DNA of 64,000 nt. It comes from Escherichia coli. Its GTDB lineage: Bacteria; Pseudomonadota; Gammaproteobacteria; Enterobacterales; Enterobacteriaceae. Shown here in pieces: positions 45,637 through 56,318 of the stretch. The translations under genes and the position numbers were made by a program. The DNA lies in assembly GCF_013122565.1 (NCBI RefSeq), contig NZ_CP053258.1. One strand, written 5' to 3'. Under the pieces are notes generated by a model. That model did no database searches. It worked only from the letters and a program-made list of their open reading frames with translations, and had not been told where the DNA came from. Within the stretch, counting starts at the first letter, position 1; every line of letters starts with the position of its first letter.

Positions 45637-47016
45637 TTACACCACACTCCCCCACACCAGTTGTCCTTTATGGAACGTTGCCGTTCTCGGCGAGATACGC
45701 GCCACCGCCTCGGCGGAACAGGAGGCGTCCACCAGCACAAAGCTGGCGTCATCCTGTGCTTTCGGCCAGACGCGCTCGCCTTTTTCATTCAGCGGCAATA
45801 CATCACCAGTGGCTAAAAACAGCGAGCGGGAGAGGTTCTGTTCGTTAGGACGAATATAGAGCTGCGCGTAGAGATTGGCTTTTTCCAGCATGTCGCCCAG
45901 GCCGTAAGGCGACCAGTGGTCAATAACGCTGTCAGTTCCGGTCATGACTTTTACGCCTTTGTCGTGCAACTGTTTGAGCGGCATATGCAGCGTGCCAATC
46001 GGCACCGTCGAGGCGATAGAAATTTGCTGCGCCGCCATCCGGTGCGCCAGCGCATCGACCTGTTGTTCGTTGAGCGTTGCCAGCGCAAAGGCGTGGCTGA
46101 TGGTCAGCTTACCTTTCAGTTGCGGCGTTTTCTCTACCGTTTCAACCATATAATTGATGGCTGCCACGCCTGCCGGAGTGGTTTCGTGCATGTGAATATC
46201 GACGCCTTTGTCATAGTCAAGGGCAATCTGGAACATGGTGTCGAGGGATTTTTCCATCGCGCCATCGACATTGGTCGGGTCCAGCCCGCCGACGTAATGC
46301 GCGCCCGCCTGCATTGCTTCACGCATTAAGGGTTCCGATTTCGACAGCAGCAAACCGTGCTGCGGGAAGGCGACAATTTCACACTCGAAGCCCGCCTGAC
46401 GTCGCGCCAGCACCGCCTGCAAATTTTGCAGATTTTTCAGGCCGGAAACCGGTTCGATATTGCAGTGGCTGCGGGCAATGGTGGTGCCTTTCGACTGCAA
46501 TAAATCGATCAGTTTTTCCGCCCGTTCCTGCGTGTACGGTTGCAGCTCCGGCAGCATTTTCTGCTCGAGCTTAATCATGTCCTGGATGGTGGTGCCTGCC
46601 GGACGATTGAGCGAGCGCCACGGCCCGCCGTAAAAGGTTTTGTCGAGATGAATATGCATGTCGCGGGTGGTGGGCAGCATCAGCTTACCGCCAGCGTCAT
46701 AGTGCGGCAGCGTGGCGTCCGGATGCTGATTGTTCTCGCGCAGTGCAACAATTTTGCCGTTCTGAATCTCCACGGTCTGGCGCGCCGTGCGGGTCTGCAC
46801 CGCCACGCCATTTTCGTAGTCAAATCCAGTTTCCAGCAGCACGTTGTCGAGATAGTAATGCGGGTCAGTGATTTTCATGGTGTTGTTCGCTTCGCAGTTT
46901 GTGGTGCCAGCTACCGCCGCATGGGCGAGCGGCACAGAGGTACCAAACAGCGCGGCGGCGGTGACCATCTTACCGCTCTGGCTCAGAAATTCACGGCGGC
47001 TATTGTTTTCTTTCAT
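45637..47016 (-). CDS. yahJ: Amidohydrolase-family deaminase with Tat signal
   Basis: 459 aa; twin-arginine motif SRREFL near N-terminus; metal-dependent hydrolase HxH motif. Confidence 0.88.
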   Translation of the reverse strand: MKENNSRREFLSQSGKMVTAAALFGTSVPLAHAAVAGTTNCEANNTMKITDPHYYLDNVLLETGFDYENGVAVQTRTARQTVEIQNGKIVALRENNQHPDATLPHYDAGGKLMLPTTRDMHIHLDKTFYGGPWRSLNRPAGTTIQDMIKLEQKMLPELQPYTQERAEKLIDLLQSKGTTIARSHCNIEPVSGLKNLQNLQAVLARRQAGFECEIVAFPQHGLLLSKSEPLMREAMQAGAHYVGGLDPTNVDGAMEKSLDTMFQIALDYDKGVDIHMHETTPAGVAAINYMVETVEKTPQLKGKLTISHAFALATLNEQQVDALAHRMAAQQISIASTVPIGTLHMPLKQLHDKGVKVMTGTDSVIDHWSPYGLGDMLEKANLYAQLYIRPNEQNLSRSLFLATGDVLPLNEKGERVWPKAQDDASFVLVDASCSAEAVARISPRTATFHKGQLVWGSVV

Positions 47017-47025
47017 CTTACGTCC

Positions 47026-47976
47026 TTACGTTTTAATAATATGGGTGCCCGTTTCACCGCGCAGCGCCGCAGGCAGGCATTCCGGCGTGGTGATAATCAC
47101 TTCTTTGCCGCCCTGTTCCAGGAACGTCAGGCTGGCGATGATTTTTGGCAACATGCTGCCAGGCGGAAAATGCCCTTCCTGCATATAGCGGGTCATGGTG
47201 GCAATATCCACCCGATCGAGCGCCTGCTGCTGCGGTTTACCAAAATGAATACACACTTTTTCCACGCCAGTGGTGATCACCAGAATGTCGGCGTGAATTT
47301 CACGGGCCAGCAGCGCGGTAGAGAGATCTTTGTCGATAACCGCGTCCACGCTTTGGTAATCCCCCGCTTCAGTACGCACTACCGGAATTCCACCGCCGCC
47401 CGCGCCAATTACGACAAAACCTTGTTGGATCAGCGCTTTAATGGCAGGTGCTTCGACAATACGTTTCGGTTCCGGCGAGGCGACCACGCGGCGATAGCCC
47501 CGCCCGGCATCTTCAACAAAACACCAGTCAGGGTTTGCCTTTTGTAATTCGTCACGCTGGCTGTCACTAAAGAATGCGCCGATGGGCTTGGTGGGATGGG
47601 CAAATCCCGGATCGTTTTTATCCACTTCCACCTGAGTCACCACGGTGACGGCTTTTTTCTCGCCGTGGCGCGCCAGCCGGTTGTTCAGCGCCTGCTGGAT
47701 CAGATAGCCAATGCCACCTTGCGTATCCGCCACACAGTTTGCCAGCGGCGTTAAGGGCAGCCCTTCGCGCTCGTGGGCAATCTCCGCACGGCGTAAATCC
47801 AGCCCGACCTGCGGCCCGTTGCCGTGGGTCAGCACAATGTCGTAATCGGAAGCCAGCATTTCCAGCACCGTATCGGCCACGGCTTTCACCGCCTCCGCCT
47901 GATGCTCAATCGACTGGCTGGCGTTATCTTTGATAATGCTGTTGCCACCAATGGCAACGACCACAAGCTCTTTCAT
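47026..47976 (-). CDS. yahI: Carbamate kinase-like protein
   Basis: 316 aa from MKELVVVAIGGNSI (amino-acid kinase family); track ORF extends 39 codons upstream. Confidence 0.88.
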   Translation of the reverse strand: MKELVVVAIGGNSIIKDNASQSIEHQAEAVKAVADTVLEMLASDYDIVLTHGNGPQVGLDLRRAEIAHEREGLPLTPLANCVADTQGGIGYLIQQALNNRLARHGEKKAVTVVTQVEVDKNDPGFAHPTKPIGAFFSDSQRDELQKANPDWCFVEDAGRGYRRVVASPEPKRIVEAPAIKALIQQGFVVIGAGGGGIPVVRTEAGDYQSVDAVIDKDLSTALLAREIHADILVITTGVEKVCIHFGKPQQQALDRVDIATMTRYMQEGHFPPGSMLPKIIASLTFLEQGGKEVIITTPECLPAALRGETGTHIIKT

Positions 47977-48071
47977 AATTTTATGTCCGCTACAGAGGGT
48001 GATGAGGTTATGAGAGTGAGGTTGCCCCTCTCCCCAGAAGGAAGAAGGGATCGTAAGGTGCAGTTGGAGGG

Positions 48072-49490
48072 TCAGACGCCGTAACGTTCGCACCAGCCAA
48101 GAATGGCTTTCTCGAAGCAGGCGAATGGCGGATGCACAATGCCCGCGCCAATCATGCCGACGCCCGCATCTTTATGGGCGATGGCGGTGTTGATCACCGG
48201 CAGAATGCCGCTGCTACCCACGCGGGTGATGTCGATTGCCGACGGCACGCCCATAAAACCGAGCAGCGGAATGGTGACGTTGGGGTTTTCACCGAGGGTG
48301 ATTTCGCGCATCTGACGGGAGAAATCGATAGCCTCTTCCACCGTACCGCCCACCAGCGCGACGATAGCGGGCGCGGTCGCCATAGCAAATCCGCCAATAC
48401 CGTAGGTTTCGGTGATGGCGCTATCGCCGATATCCAGCCCCGAATCTTCCGGCTTATAACCGGCAAACATCGGCCCGATCACCTGCTGCGCCGGGCCGGT
48501 AAACCATTGCCCCGGCAGGCCGCTGACTCGCAGGCCAAACTCGACGCCGTTACGTGCCATCGTGGTCACCACGGTGCTGTATTCGATGCCGTGCGCCGCA
48601 TCCATCGCCGCTTTACACATCGCCATCCACGTCGGGCCGGAGAAGTAGTCGCTGCTGGCGACAAACTCAAATACTTCGCGCTGTTGCTCCACGGAATAAC
48701 CTGCCTGAATAATCCCCGGCGTCAGCGCCTGAATCAGCAGCGTCGTCCCGGCGTTATTGCGGTTATGGCATTCATCGCCCATATGCAGCGCCTGCGCCAG
48801 CATTAAGCGCAGATCGATCTCGCCGATAATTTTCATCGCGTCGCGCAGCATTGGTCCCTGCACATCGCGCATCCAGTTCAGGCGGTCAATCACGCTCTGG
48901 TCGTTAGCGCCCATACGCAAAATCTTCGCCATCTGCTCGCTCATATTGGTATAAGCGATGTTGCCGTAGGTTTTGTTTTTCACGATGTGCATAAACATCG
49001 AGGCCGAGGTAACGCCCGCCATCGATCCCACGCAGTCGTGTTCGTGGCACGGCGAGAAGGTGATCTCCCCGGAGGCCGCCAGTTCAGCCGCCTCGTCGAG
49101 ATCTTTCGCCAGCCCTTCGAACACCAGCGCCCCGGTGACCGCGCCTTTCATCGCGCCGCACATTTTTTCCCAGGTAACCGGCGGCCCGGCGTGAAGAATG
49201 GTTTTCGGCGTCATGCCCGGCACCACGTTAATCGCCTGATCAAAACCAATCAGCACCGGATGCGACTGGATAATGCGCTCCAGCGCCTGCTGGTTAGCGG
49301 CGGCGATTTTGTCTGCCAGCGGCGAATCGGTAATGTTATCCAGCGCCTGCACCACCTGCATATTGCCCTGCCCCGGCGGCGTCCAGTCGAGTTGGGTCAC
49401 TTCTACGTGCTGCTTTTTCAGGTCATCGCTAAACATGGCGATGCCGACGTTAATAACGTTCAACGGTTGGCTAAACAGTGACTGGCTCAT
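48072..49490 (-). CDS. yahG: DUF1116-family protein (YlbE-like)
   Basis: 472 aa; length and synteny match K-12 yahG. Confidence 0.85.
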   Translation of the reverse strand: MSQSLFSQPLNVINVGIAMFSDDLKKQHVEVTQLDWTPPGQGNMQVVQALDNITDSPLADKIAAANQQALERIIQSHPVLIGFDQAINVVPGMTPKTILHAGPPVTWEKMCGAMKGAVTGALVFEGLAKDLDEAAELAASGEITFSPCHEHDCVGSMAGVTSASMFMHIVKNKTYGNIAYTNMSEQMAKILRMGANDQSVIDRLNWMRDVQGPMLRDAMKIIGEIDLRLMLAQALHMGDECHNRNNAGTTLLIQALTPGIIQAGYSVEQQREVFEFVASSDYFSGPTWMAMCKAAMDAAHGIEYSTVVTTMARNGVEFGLRVSGLPGQWFTGPAQQVIGPMFAGYKPEDSGLDIGDSAITETYGIGGFAMATAPAIVALVGGTVEEAIDFSRQMREITLGENPNVTIPLLGFMGVPSAIDITRVGSSGILPVINTAIAHKDAGVGMIGAGIVHPPFACFEKAILGWCERYGV

Positions 49491-51037
49491 CAGGCTTCCT
49501 CCCCTTTGCAGATAAATTCACGCGCCAGCAATCCGGTATTGGTGCTGCTGCTCGCCAGAATCACTCCGGCATCAAGCAGCATCTGGCTTTGTTGTTCTAA
49601 CGATGGCGTATCAAGATCGGTACCCAGCACATAGGCGAGAATGATCAACTCGCGTCCTTCGGCAGCGGCGATCGCTTTCGCTTCTTTGATCGCCTCGATG
49701 GTGGAGCCGACCGGATCTTCATGCGATCCAAATCCGAGCACAAAATCCATCACGATCACCGCCACTTCTGGATCGCGCGCCTCTTCGATCAAGCGACTGA
49801 TGCGGTTGGTGGGGTCAATCATTGGATGCGGCTTGCTGTTGGTGAAGTCGTCATCGCCAAAGTCGAGGAAGGTGTGTTTGATGCTGCGGTTGATATCTTT
49901 CAGGCGGAATTCCGGATCGGGCTGGATATTGCTGTAGACATCGCCATGTTTTTCCATCACCGCGAACATGATTTCGTCACACAGCGTGCCGCCGCAGAAC
50001 AGGCCACGAATGTATTTCTGCTGCGGTTGCAGACGCGCACGCACATCCGCAATCAACGGCTGGTTAAGCGTATGCAGGTCGAGATGTTCTTGTTTCACGC
50101 CGGAGAGCATCACCGCTTTTAGCGCCGCTTCTTTGCTGCCACGAGCAAACTGTAGACCCTGCTCATCCACCGGCGTTTCACCGCGACCGAGGAAACAGAC
50201 CACCACCGGCTTGCGGCAGGCACGTGCGCGTTCCAGCACTTTGCGGGCCACCGCAGGCGCGGGAGGTTTTGAAATCAGCGCGATAATTTCAGTTTGCGGA
50301 TCGTTTTCCAGCATCCCGATGGCGTCAAGCATCATCAGGCCGCCGATTTTCTCGCTCAGGTCGCGCCCGCCGGTGCCAATCAGTTGTGAAACGCCGCCAC
50401 CAAATTCATGAATGCGGACGCTCAGCTCCTGGCTGCCGGTGCCGGATGCGCCAACAATACCGATGTTGCCGCGACGCACGGCGTTACCAAAACAGAGCGC
50501 CGCGCCGTTGATAATCGCCGTGCCACAGTCTGGCCCCATCATCAGCAGCCCTTTTTCGTGGGCCAGTTGCTTGAGCGCCAGTTCATCTTCAACTGAGACG
50601 TTATCGGAAAACAGCATCACGTTGAGATCGTTTTGCAGCGCCTGACGCGCTTCGCGAGCAGCAAACAGACCGTTGACCGAAATCACCGCCAGGTTACTTT
50701 CCGGGATATGCTTTTTGGCGCTGGCAATAGTGGCGTAACGCGCCTCGTGCGAGCCGCTTTGCGCTTTGGTGTTGAACAGTTCTTCAATCTCCACCAGCAA
50801 CTGCTCGTTGTCCGCACCCGATTTACCATTGATGACAATCATCAGGTCGCCGTTTTTCGCCTGTTCCAGCTCCGGCGTCAGCAGCCCTAAATTCTTCAGC
50901 ACGCCTTTGTTCATTTCGGTCGCCATCGCCACAAATGCCTGCTCGACGCCGTCGAGTTTATTTGCACGCGTGGAGATAGACATCAGCGAGACAGAATCAA
51001 AATAGGTATTCGGTTTAATGACTATTTTAACTGACAT
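49490..51037 (-). CDS. yahF: FdrA-like protein (succinyl-CoA synthetase alpha-like CoA-binding fold)
   Basis: 515 aa; overlaps yahG start and yahE end, indicating an operon. Confidence 0.85.
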   Translation of the reverse strand: MSVKIVIKPNTYFDSVSLMSISTRANKLDGVEQAFVAMATEMNKGVLKNLGLLTPELEQAKNGDLMIVINGKSGADNEQLLVEIEELFNTKAQSGSHEARYATIASAKKHIPESNLAVISVNGLFAAREARQALQNDLNVMLFSDNVSVEDELALKQLAHEKGLLMMGPDCGTAIINGAALCFGNAVRRGNIGIVGASGTGSQELSVRIHEFGGGVSQLIGTGGRDLSEKIGGLMMLDAIGMLENDPQTEIIALISKPPAPAVARKVLERARACRKPVVVCFLGRGETPVDEQGLQFARGSKEAALKAVMLSGVKQEHLDLHTLNQPLIADVRARLQPQQKYIRGLFCGGTLCDEIMFAVMEKHGDVYSNIQPDPEFRLKDINRSIKHTFLDFGDDDFTNSKPHPMIDPTNRISRLIEEARDPEVAVIVMDFVLGFGSHEDPVGSTIEAIKEAKAIAAAEGRELIILAYVLGTDLDTPSLEQQSQMLLDAGVILASSSTNTGLLAREFICKGEEA

Positions 51038-51890
51038 AATTCCCTCCGTAGGTTTGGCTCAGCGCACAACCATCGGCCATGCCATACAGCATGTCGCAGC
51101 CGGAACTGGAGCCAATATGTTTAATTTTTTCTATTGCCTGAGTTGCGTTCCCAGGAATGTCATAAATAATGTTGTGAATAAAACGATGAATATTTTCCCG
51201 GCAGCGTTGTTGTAATGCGGCTTCGAGCGTTATGGCACTTAATAATGTGGTATTATTTCTGCCGCGTTGCAGACCGAGATAAAATTCCTCTTTGTATTTT
51301 TCCGCCGGATGTCCGGAAATAAATAAAATAAGTACCAGTCCGGTCAGATAATCATCGGCTGATGGCGTAAGCCCAATCCCTAATCCCATCATATTAGCTA
51401 CCGCTGAGGCGATATTTTGTTTTTCGTTTACGGCCTGAATAACTGCTTGTCGTTTAATATGTAATTCTTTATTTAACGCCTGATAAAACGGATTATCGCC
51501 GCGATAATTAAACAGGGTTTCATTTTCCCCCAGGTGCTGATGAATAATGTCGTGCCACTGTTGCCAGGCGATAAGGTGAAAATTCACAGCGGTCATTTGC
51601 AAGGTTGGGGACAGCCAACGCTGGCAATGACTCATCTCTATATGAAGATGTTGACCAACCGTAATGCCTTGATCGTCAAACTGAACCTTATCACCATGCC
51701 GGAACAGACCATCAAAGTGAGTGAGTGCCAACCGACAACTGTTTGGCGCATTGTCGTACTCTTCACAAAGCAGCGTTAGCAACTGCTGGCGAGCCGGGAG
51801 TGCGATATTTACCGCTCTGGCAAAGACCTGTTCAACCTGTCCTTGCCCCCGCTGCGCCAGAAAATCAGCATCCGCAGTTAGCGCCCACAC
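51027..51890 (-). CDS. yahE: Uncharacterized protein YahE (DUF2877-like)
   Basis: 287 aa; synteny. Confidence 0.8.
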   Translation of the reverse strand: MWALTADADFLAQRGQGQVEQVFARAVNIALPARQQLLTLLCEEYDNAPNSCRLALTHFDGLFRHGDKVQFDDQGITVGQHLHIEMSHCQRWLSPTLQMTAVNFHLIAWQQWHDIIHQHLGENETLFNYRGDNPFYQALNKELHIKRQAVIQAVNEKQNIASAVANMMGLGIGLTPSADDYLTGLVLILFISGHPAEKYKEEFYLGLQRGRNNTTLLSAITLEAALQQRCRENIHRFIHNIIYDIPGNATQAIEKIKHIGSSSGCDMLYGMADGCALSQTYGGNYVS

Positions 51891-51929
51891 ACACCGTCTT
51901 TCTGGTGTGTTGATAGCAAGCCTCCCGGT

Positions 51930-52535
51930 TTATGCGCCTGCGGCAATCAGTAACTGCGCAATCTCTTCAAAGCCCCGTTCTCGCGCCAGTTCCAGCGGTG
52001 TTTTGCCATATTTATCGGTCAGATGCGGGCTGGCACCGTGTTCCAGCAATAACTGGACAATCGCCTGCTGTTTAATCCCGCCATCATTAAGCACAATCGC
52101 TTCCAGTAGCGGCGTCCAGCCAACATGGTTGGTCTGGTTAACGTTAATATCGGTGTGCGCCAAAAGCTCTTTTACAATACTTAAATGGCCTTTTTCACAG
52201 GCAGGCGTCAGGCCGACACCGCCAAAACGGGTTACGCAATTAAGATCGGGTTTAGCCGGTAAAATAATTCGTAGTAGCGTTAAATCATCGTACAGACAGC
52301 TAATTAAAAAAGGATTTAAACAGGTATGATCTTGTTTATTAATATCCGCTCCGGCATCAATTAATGCCTGAACGCAAGCATATTGCTGATATAAACTTGC
52401 CAGCGTAATTGCCGTTTTCCCGTGGCGATCGCAGGTATTAATATCGACACCCAGCGCAAGGCAGGTTTTTACTTTATCGATATCACCCTGTTGCGCAGCC
52501 AATAAATAGTCGGCAGGTAGATTTTTTATAGTCAT
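51930..52535 (-). CDS. yahD: Ankyrin-repeat protein
   Basis: 201 aa with tandem ankyrin repeats (GKTAITLA, GWTPLLEA, GKTPLELA). Confidence 0.85.
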   Translation of the reverse strand: MTIKNLPADYLLAAQQGDIDKVKTCLALGVDINTCDRHGKTAITLASLYQQYACVQALIDAGADINKQDHTCLNPFLISCLYDDLTLLRIILPAKPDLNCVTRFGGVGLTPACEKGHLSIVKELLAHTDINVNQTNHVGWTPLLEAIVLNDGGIKQQAIVQLLLEHGASPHLTDKYGKTPLELARERGFEEIAQLLIAAGA

Positions 52536-52792
52536 TCACATTCCCCTGGTTTTTGTGGCTGTTTTCGATGAATTGAGAATAGCAACGATAATCTGATAAA
52601 AGAACCCGCTTAAATTTAATTCGCCGTATTTCGCCTTTTTGTTGAATGATGTTCAACAATCTTTTCGCAGTGTGCGGTAGTGCAATATTTGTTTCTTTGA
52701 CCCGATACCCTTTCACTCAATCAGGTTTTATTTCTCTATAGTCTGCACATGTAAGAGTAGCTTTCGTCCATGTCTAACCAGAGGGGAACAAG

Positions 52793-53290
52793 ATGAACGG
52801 ACTCACGGCAACGGGTGTCACCGTCGGTATTTGTGCAGGGCTTTGGCAGTTAGTGTCTTCACATGTCGGGCTCTCTCAGGGATGGGAATTATTAGGAACC
52901 ATTGGCTTCGTCGCCTTTTGCAGTTTTTATGCCGCAGGCGGCGGTAAATCGGGGTTTATCAGAAGTCTGGCGGTTAATTATTCCGGGATGGTGTGGGCAT
53001 TTTTCGCCGCGCTGGCTGCCGGTTGGCTGGCCTCGGTGAGTGGGATTTCTGGGTTCTGGGCCAGCGTGATGACTACCGTGCCTTTCTCAGCGGTAGTGGT
53101 CTGGCAAGGGCGTTTCTGGTTACTGTCTTTTATTCCCGGAGGCTTTCTCGGCATGACGCTATTTTTTGCCAGCGGGATGAACTGGACGGTGACATTACTG
53201 GGTTTTCTGGCGGGTAACTGCGTGGGGATAATTTCAGAATATGGTGGGCAAAAATTAAGCGAAGCGACGACTAAACGCGACGGGTATTAA
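52793..53290 (+). CDS. yahC: Small inner-membrane protein
   Basis: 165 aa, 4-5 hydrophobic segments. Confidence 0.8.
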   Translation: MNGLTATGVTVGICAGLWQLVSSHVGLSQGWELLGTIGFVAFCSFYAAGGGKSGFIRSLAVNYSGMVWAFFAALAAGWLASVSGISGFWASVMTTVPFSAVVVWQGRFWLLSFIPGGFLGMTLFFASGMNWTVTLLGFLAGNCVGIISEYGGQKLSEATTKRDGY

Positions 53291-53381
53291 AAGTTATTCA
53301 AAAATGATTACCCATCTTTAATTGATACCTCTACAGTTATGCCTGGAGAAAATTAAAGTAGAAAATGGCGGGAATGGTTTA

Positions 53382-54314
53382 ATGAACTCAATTTTTACCG
53401 AAGAGAATCTGTTGGCATTTACTACCGCTGCGCGTTTTGGCAGCTTCAGTAAAGCCGCAGAAGAGTTGGGTTTAACCACTTCCGCCATTAGCTACACCAT
53501 TAAGCGTATGGAGACGGGGCTGGATGTGGTGCTGTTCACTCGCAGTACCCGCAGCATTGAGTTAACGGAGTCCGGGCGTTATTTTTTCCGCAAAGCTACC
53601 GACCTGCTGAATGATTTTTATGCCATCAAACGTAGCATAGATACTATTTCGCAGGGCATAGAAGCGCGTGTGCGCATTTGTATTAATCAGCTGCTTTATA
53701 CGCCCAAACACACCGCACGCTTATTGCAGGTACTGAAAAAGCAGTTTCCTACCTGCCAGATTACCGTCACCACCGAAGTGTATAATGGCGTCTGGGATGC
53801 GATTATTAATAATCAGGCGAATATCGCTATCGGCGCACCCGACACGCTGCTGGACGGTGGCGGTATTGATTACACTGAAATTGGCGCGATTCGCTGGGCT
53901 TTTGCTATCGCCCCGGATCACCCGTTAGCCTTTGTGCCGGAACCCATCGCCGAAAGCCAACTGCGTCTCTATCCTAATATCATGGTGGAGGACACCGCGC
54001 ATACGATTAATAAAAAAGTGGGCTGGTTGCTGCATGGGCAGGAGTCAATTCTGGTGCCAGATTTCAACACCAAATGTCAGTGCCAGATTTTAGGTGAAGG
54101 AATTGGTTTTTTGCCGGATTACATGGTCCGTGAGGCGATGGCGCAATCCCTGCTGGTTACCCGACAAATCCATAATCCACGCCAGGATTCACGCATGTTG
54201 CTGGCGACCCAGCATTCAGCAACGGGTCAGGTGACGCAGTGGATTAAAAAACAATTTGCGCCAAATGGCATATTAACGGGGATCTATCAGGATTTACTGC
54301 ATCGGGAGAATTAA
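53382..54314 (+). CDS. yahB: LysR-family transcriptional regulator
   Basis: 310 aa from MNSIFTEENLLAFTTAARFGSFSKAAEELGLTTSAISYTIKRME (LysR HTH). Confidence 0.85.
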   Translation: MNSIFTEENLLAFTTAARFGSFSKAAEELGLTTSAISYTIKRMETGLDVVLFTRSTRSIELTESGRYFFRKATDLLNDFYAIKRSIDTISQGIEARVRICINQLLYTPKHTARLLQVLKKQFPTCQITVTTEVYNGVWDAIINNQANIAIGAPDTLLDGGGIDYTEIGAIRWAFAIAPDHPLAFVPEPIAESQLRLYPNIMVEDTAHTINKKVGWLLHGQESILVPDFNTKCQCQILGEGIGFLPDYMVREAMAQSLLVTRQIHNPRQDSRMLLATQHSATGQVTQWIKKQFAPNGILTGIYQDLLHREN

Positions 54315-54355
54315 TCGCTGCCAACCTCCCGATGCGCTGTGAATAGCGGTTTACA

Positions 54356-55444
54356 TCAACCACCTGCTTTCATTACCCATTCAGAGATAAATTTATTACC
54401 CGGAACTGGCGGGGAGTACAAATAGCCCTGCAAAAAGTGAACGCCTTTACCGATCATTAAATCCGCCTGCTCCTGGGTTTCTACCCCTTCCGCTACGATA
54501 CTCAGACCAGGCTTACGCGCCAGTTCGACAATATTGTCCACAATATGACCGGATATTTCGTCGACACTCGCCATTTGCACAAATGACTTATCGATCTTAA
54601 TAAAATCGACCGGAAACGCCTGCAGATAACGATAGGTCGCATAACCCGTACCAAAGTCATCCAGCGCAAAGGTAATGTTGTGCTGATGAAGGCTGTCAAA
54701 TATCGCTCTGGCTTCTGGCGTTACCGGAATAGGGTTACGTTCCGTTAGCTCGAGAACCAGTTTGATCTTATCGTTTCCTAATTTCTTGACCAGGTTCAGG
54801 CATTCTTTTTCAAATCCCGCGGCCAAAAAACAACCCGCCGAGACGTTGATACCAATATGGAAATTATCCGGCAGCAAATGTTTTACCGGCATCAGAATAT
54901 CCGCAGTCTGTTTCATCAGTTGGCGGGTCATTATGACAATAAGACCGGATGACTCCGCCAGAGGAATAAACTGATCCGGCGGGATGATTCCCGTTTGTGG
55001 ATGTTCCCAGCGGACAAGCACCTCACAGCCCGTCAGTACCCCAGTCTGCGCGCAGAAAACCGGTTGGATCCACGGTTTGAATTCATGGTTTTCCAACGCC
55101 AGACTGATGGCTTCAGGCGTGACGATATGGTGATAGTGATTATCATTAATATATCTGTGACTATTACTACCCGTGGCGGATATGATCTCCGGATTGTACT
55201 GAAAGAAAATATCGCGCCAGAAAGTAATATCGCTCTGAATCCCCAGTTTCTCAAAGAGCTGTTTCTTTTGATGTGAAATGGTCTTTGCACTGCGATTTCT
55301 GTACTGTGATATTTCTGTTACAGACATTCCCTGCATCAGCAGCTTGAGTAGCAGTCGTTCTTTCTCGGATACGCTACCAGGCAATGACAAATGAACCGTT
55401 GTACCGAACTCTTGCAGAAAAACACGAAAATCACATGAATTCAT
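54356..55444 (-). CDS. pdeL: c-di-GMP phosphodiesterase / transcriptional regulator (LuxR HTH + EAL)
   Basis: 362 aa from MNSCDFRVFLQEFG; N-terminal LuxR-type HTH, C-terminal EAL domain (ELTE, DDFGTGY). Confidence 0.9.
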   Translation of the reverse strand: MNSCDFRVFLQEFGTTVHLSLPGSVSEKERLLLKLLMQGMSVTEISQYRNRSAKTISHQKKQLFEKLGIQSDITFWRDIFFQYNPEIISATGSNSHRYINDNHYHHIVTPEAISLALENHEFKPWIQPVFCAQTGVLTGCEVLVRWEHPQTGIIPPDQFIPLAESSGLIVIMTRQLMKQTADILMPVKHLLPDNFHIGINVSAGCFLAAGFEKECLNLVKKLGNDKIKLVLELTERNPIPVTPEARAIFDSLHQHNITFALDDFGTGYATYRYLQAFPVDFIKIDKSFVQMASVDEISGHIVDNIVELARKPGLSIVAEGVETQEQADLMIGKGVHFLQGYLYSPPVPGNKFISEWVMKAGG

Positions 55445-56318
55445 GAACACACCTTTATCTTTTATCGCTGTTCAGTATGAGTGATTACCTGTGGATTCCT
55501 GAGCACACATAAGGGGTAACCATAAACATCAGCGATGCCATACGTATAACATCCCACATCACTATCAATAAGATTATCTTTACCTCTGATGCTCGCTCAA
55601 TAACAGTTACGCTAAATACTTTAAAAAGGTAATCACAAGTCAAACTCAGGAGATAATCACGCAAGAATGCAATATTAAAATTCAGATACTCATTTTGGGT
55701 AATAAAGAAGTAGTTGGACTATTTCAATATTTATAATTTCCCACTACGTACTGGCATCCATTCATGAGCAAAGGCGCATTATATGAATTTAACAATCCAG
55801 ATCAACTGAAAATACCTCTCCCTCATAAACACATAGCGTCAACATTCAATGACATAATGAGTAAAGATGTTGGTTATGCGTACGTATCATTACTCTATGC
55901 CTGTCCCTTAAAAACCCACCCATTAAGACTGAATCCATTCAGCAAATGATAACTAATATTATAGCAATGACAATAAAAACAATATTTAAAACATTCAATA
56001 AAATATCACACACAGATAATTAAACCTTAAATAACAAATTGTTGCGTTAATTTCAGTTGATTTACGATACACATTTCTCATGAATAATGAGTCATTTCAA
56101 ATGATCAGCAATATTTACATTAAATAAGACTAAACTTATTGAACATTCGCAACAGCCCAAATGTAGGTTTTGGCTTGTAATAGTTCTTTTCTTTTTTATT
56201 ATCTGTTGTCTGGTAATCATCAATAGATACTAAGTGCTTAATCGTATAGATATAACGTATCAAGAGGTAGGAGAAACAGCGCCATATGCAGACATGGCGC
56301 GGTTTTATGCAATAACAA

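Noticed and set aside
55764-55949. 61-aa ORF in the AT-rich pdeL-betT spacer
   Set aside because: No SD, low-complexity AT-rich codons, and it lies in a long regulatory spacer; likely non-coding.
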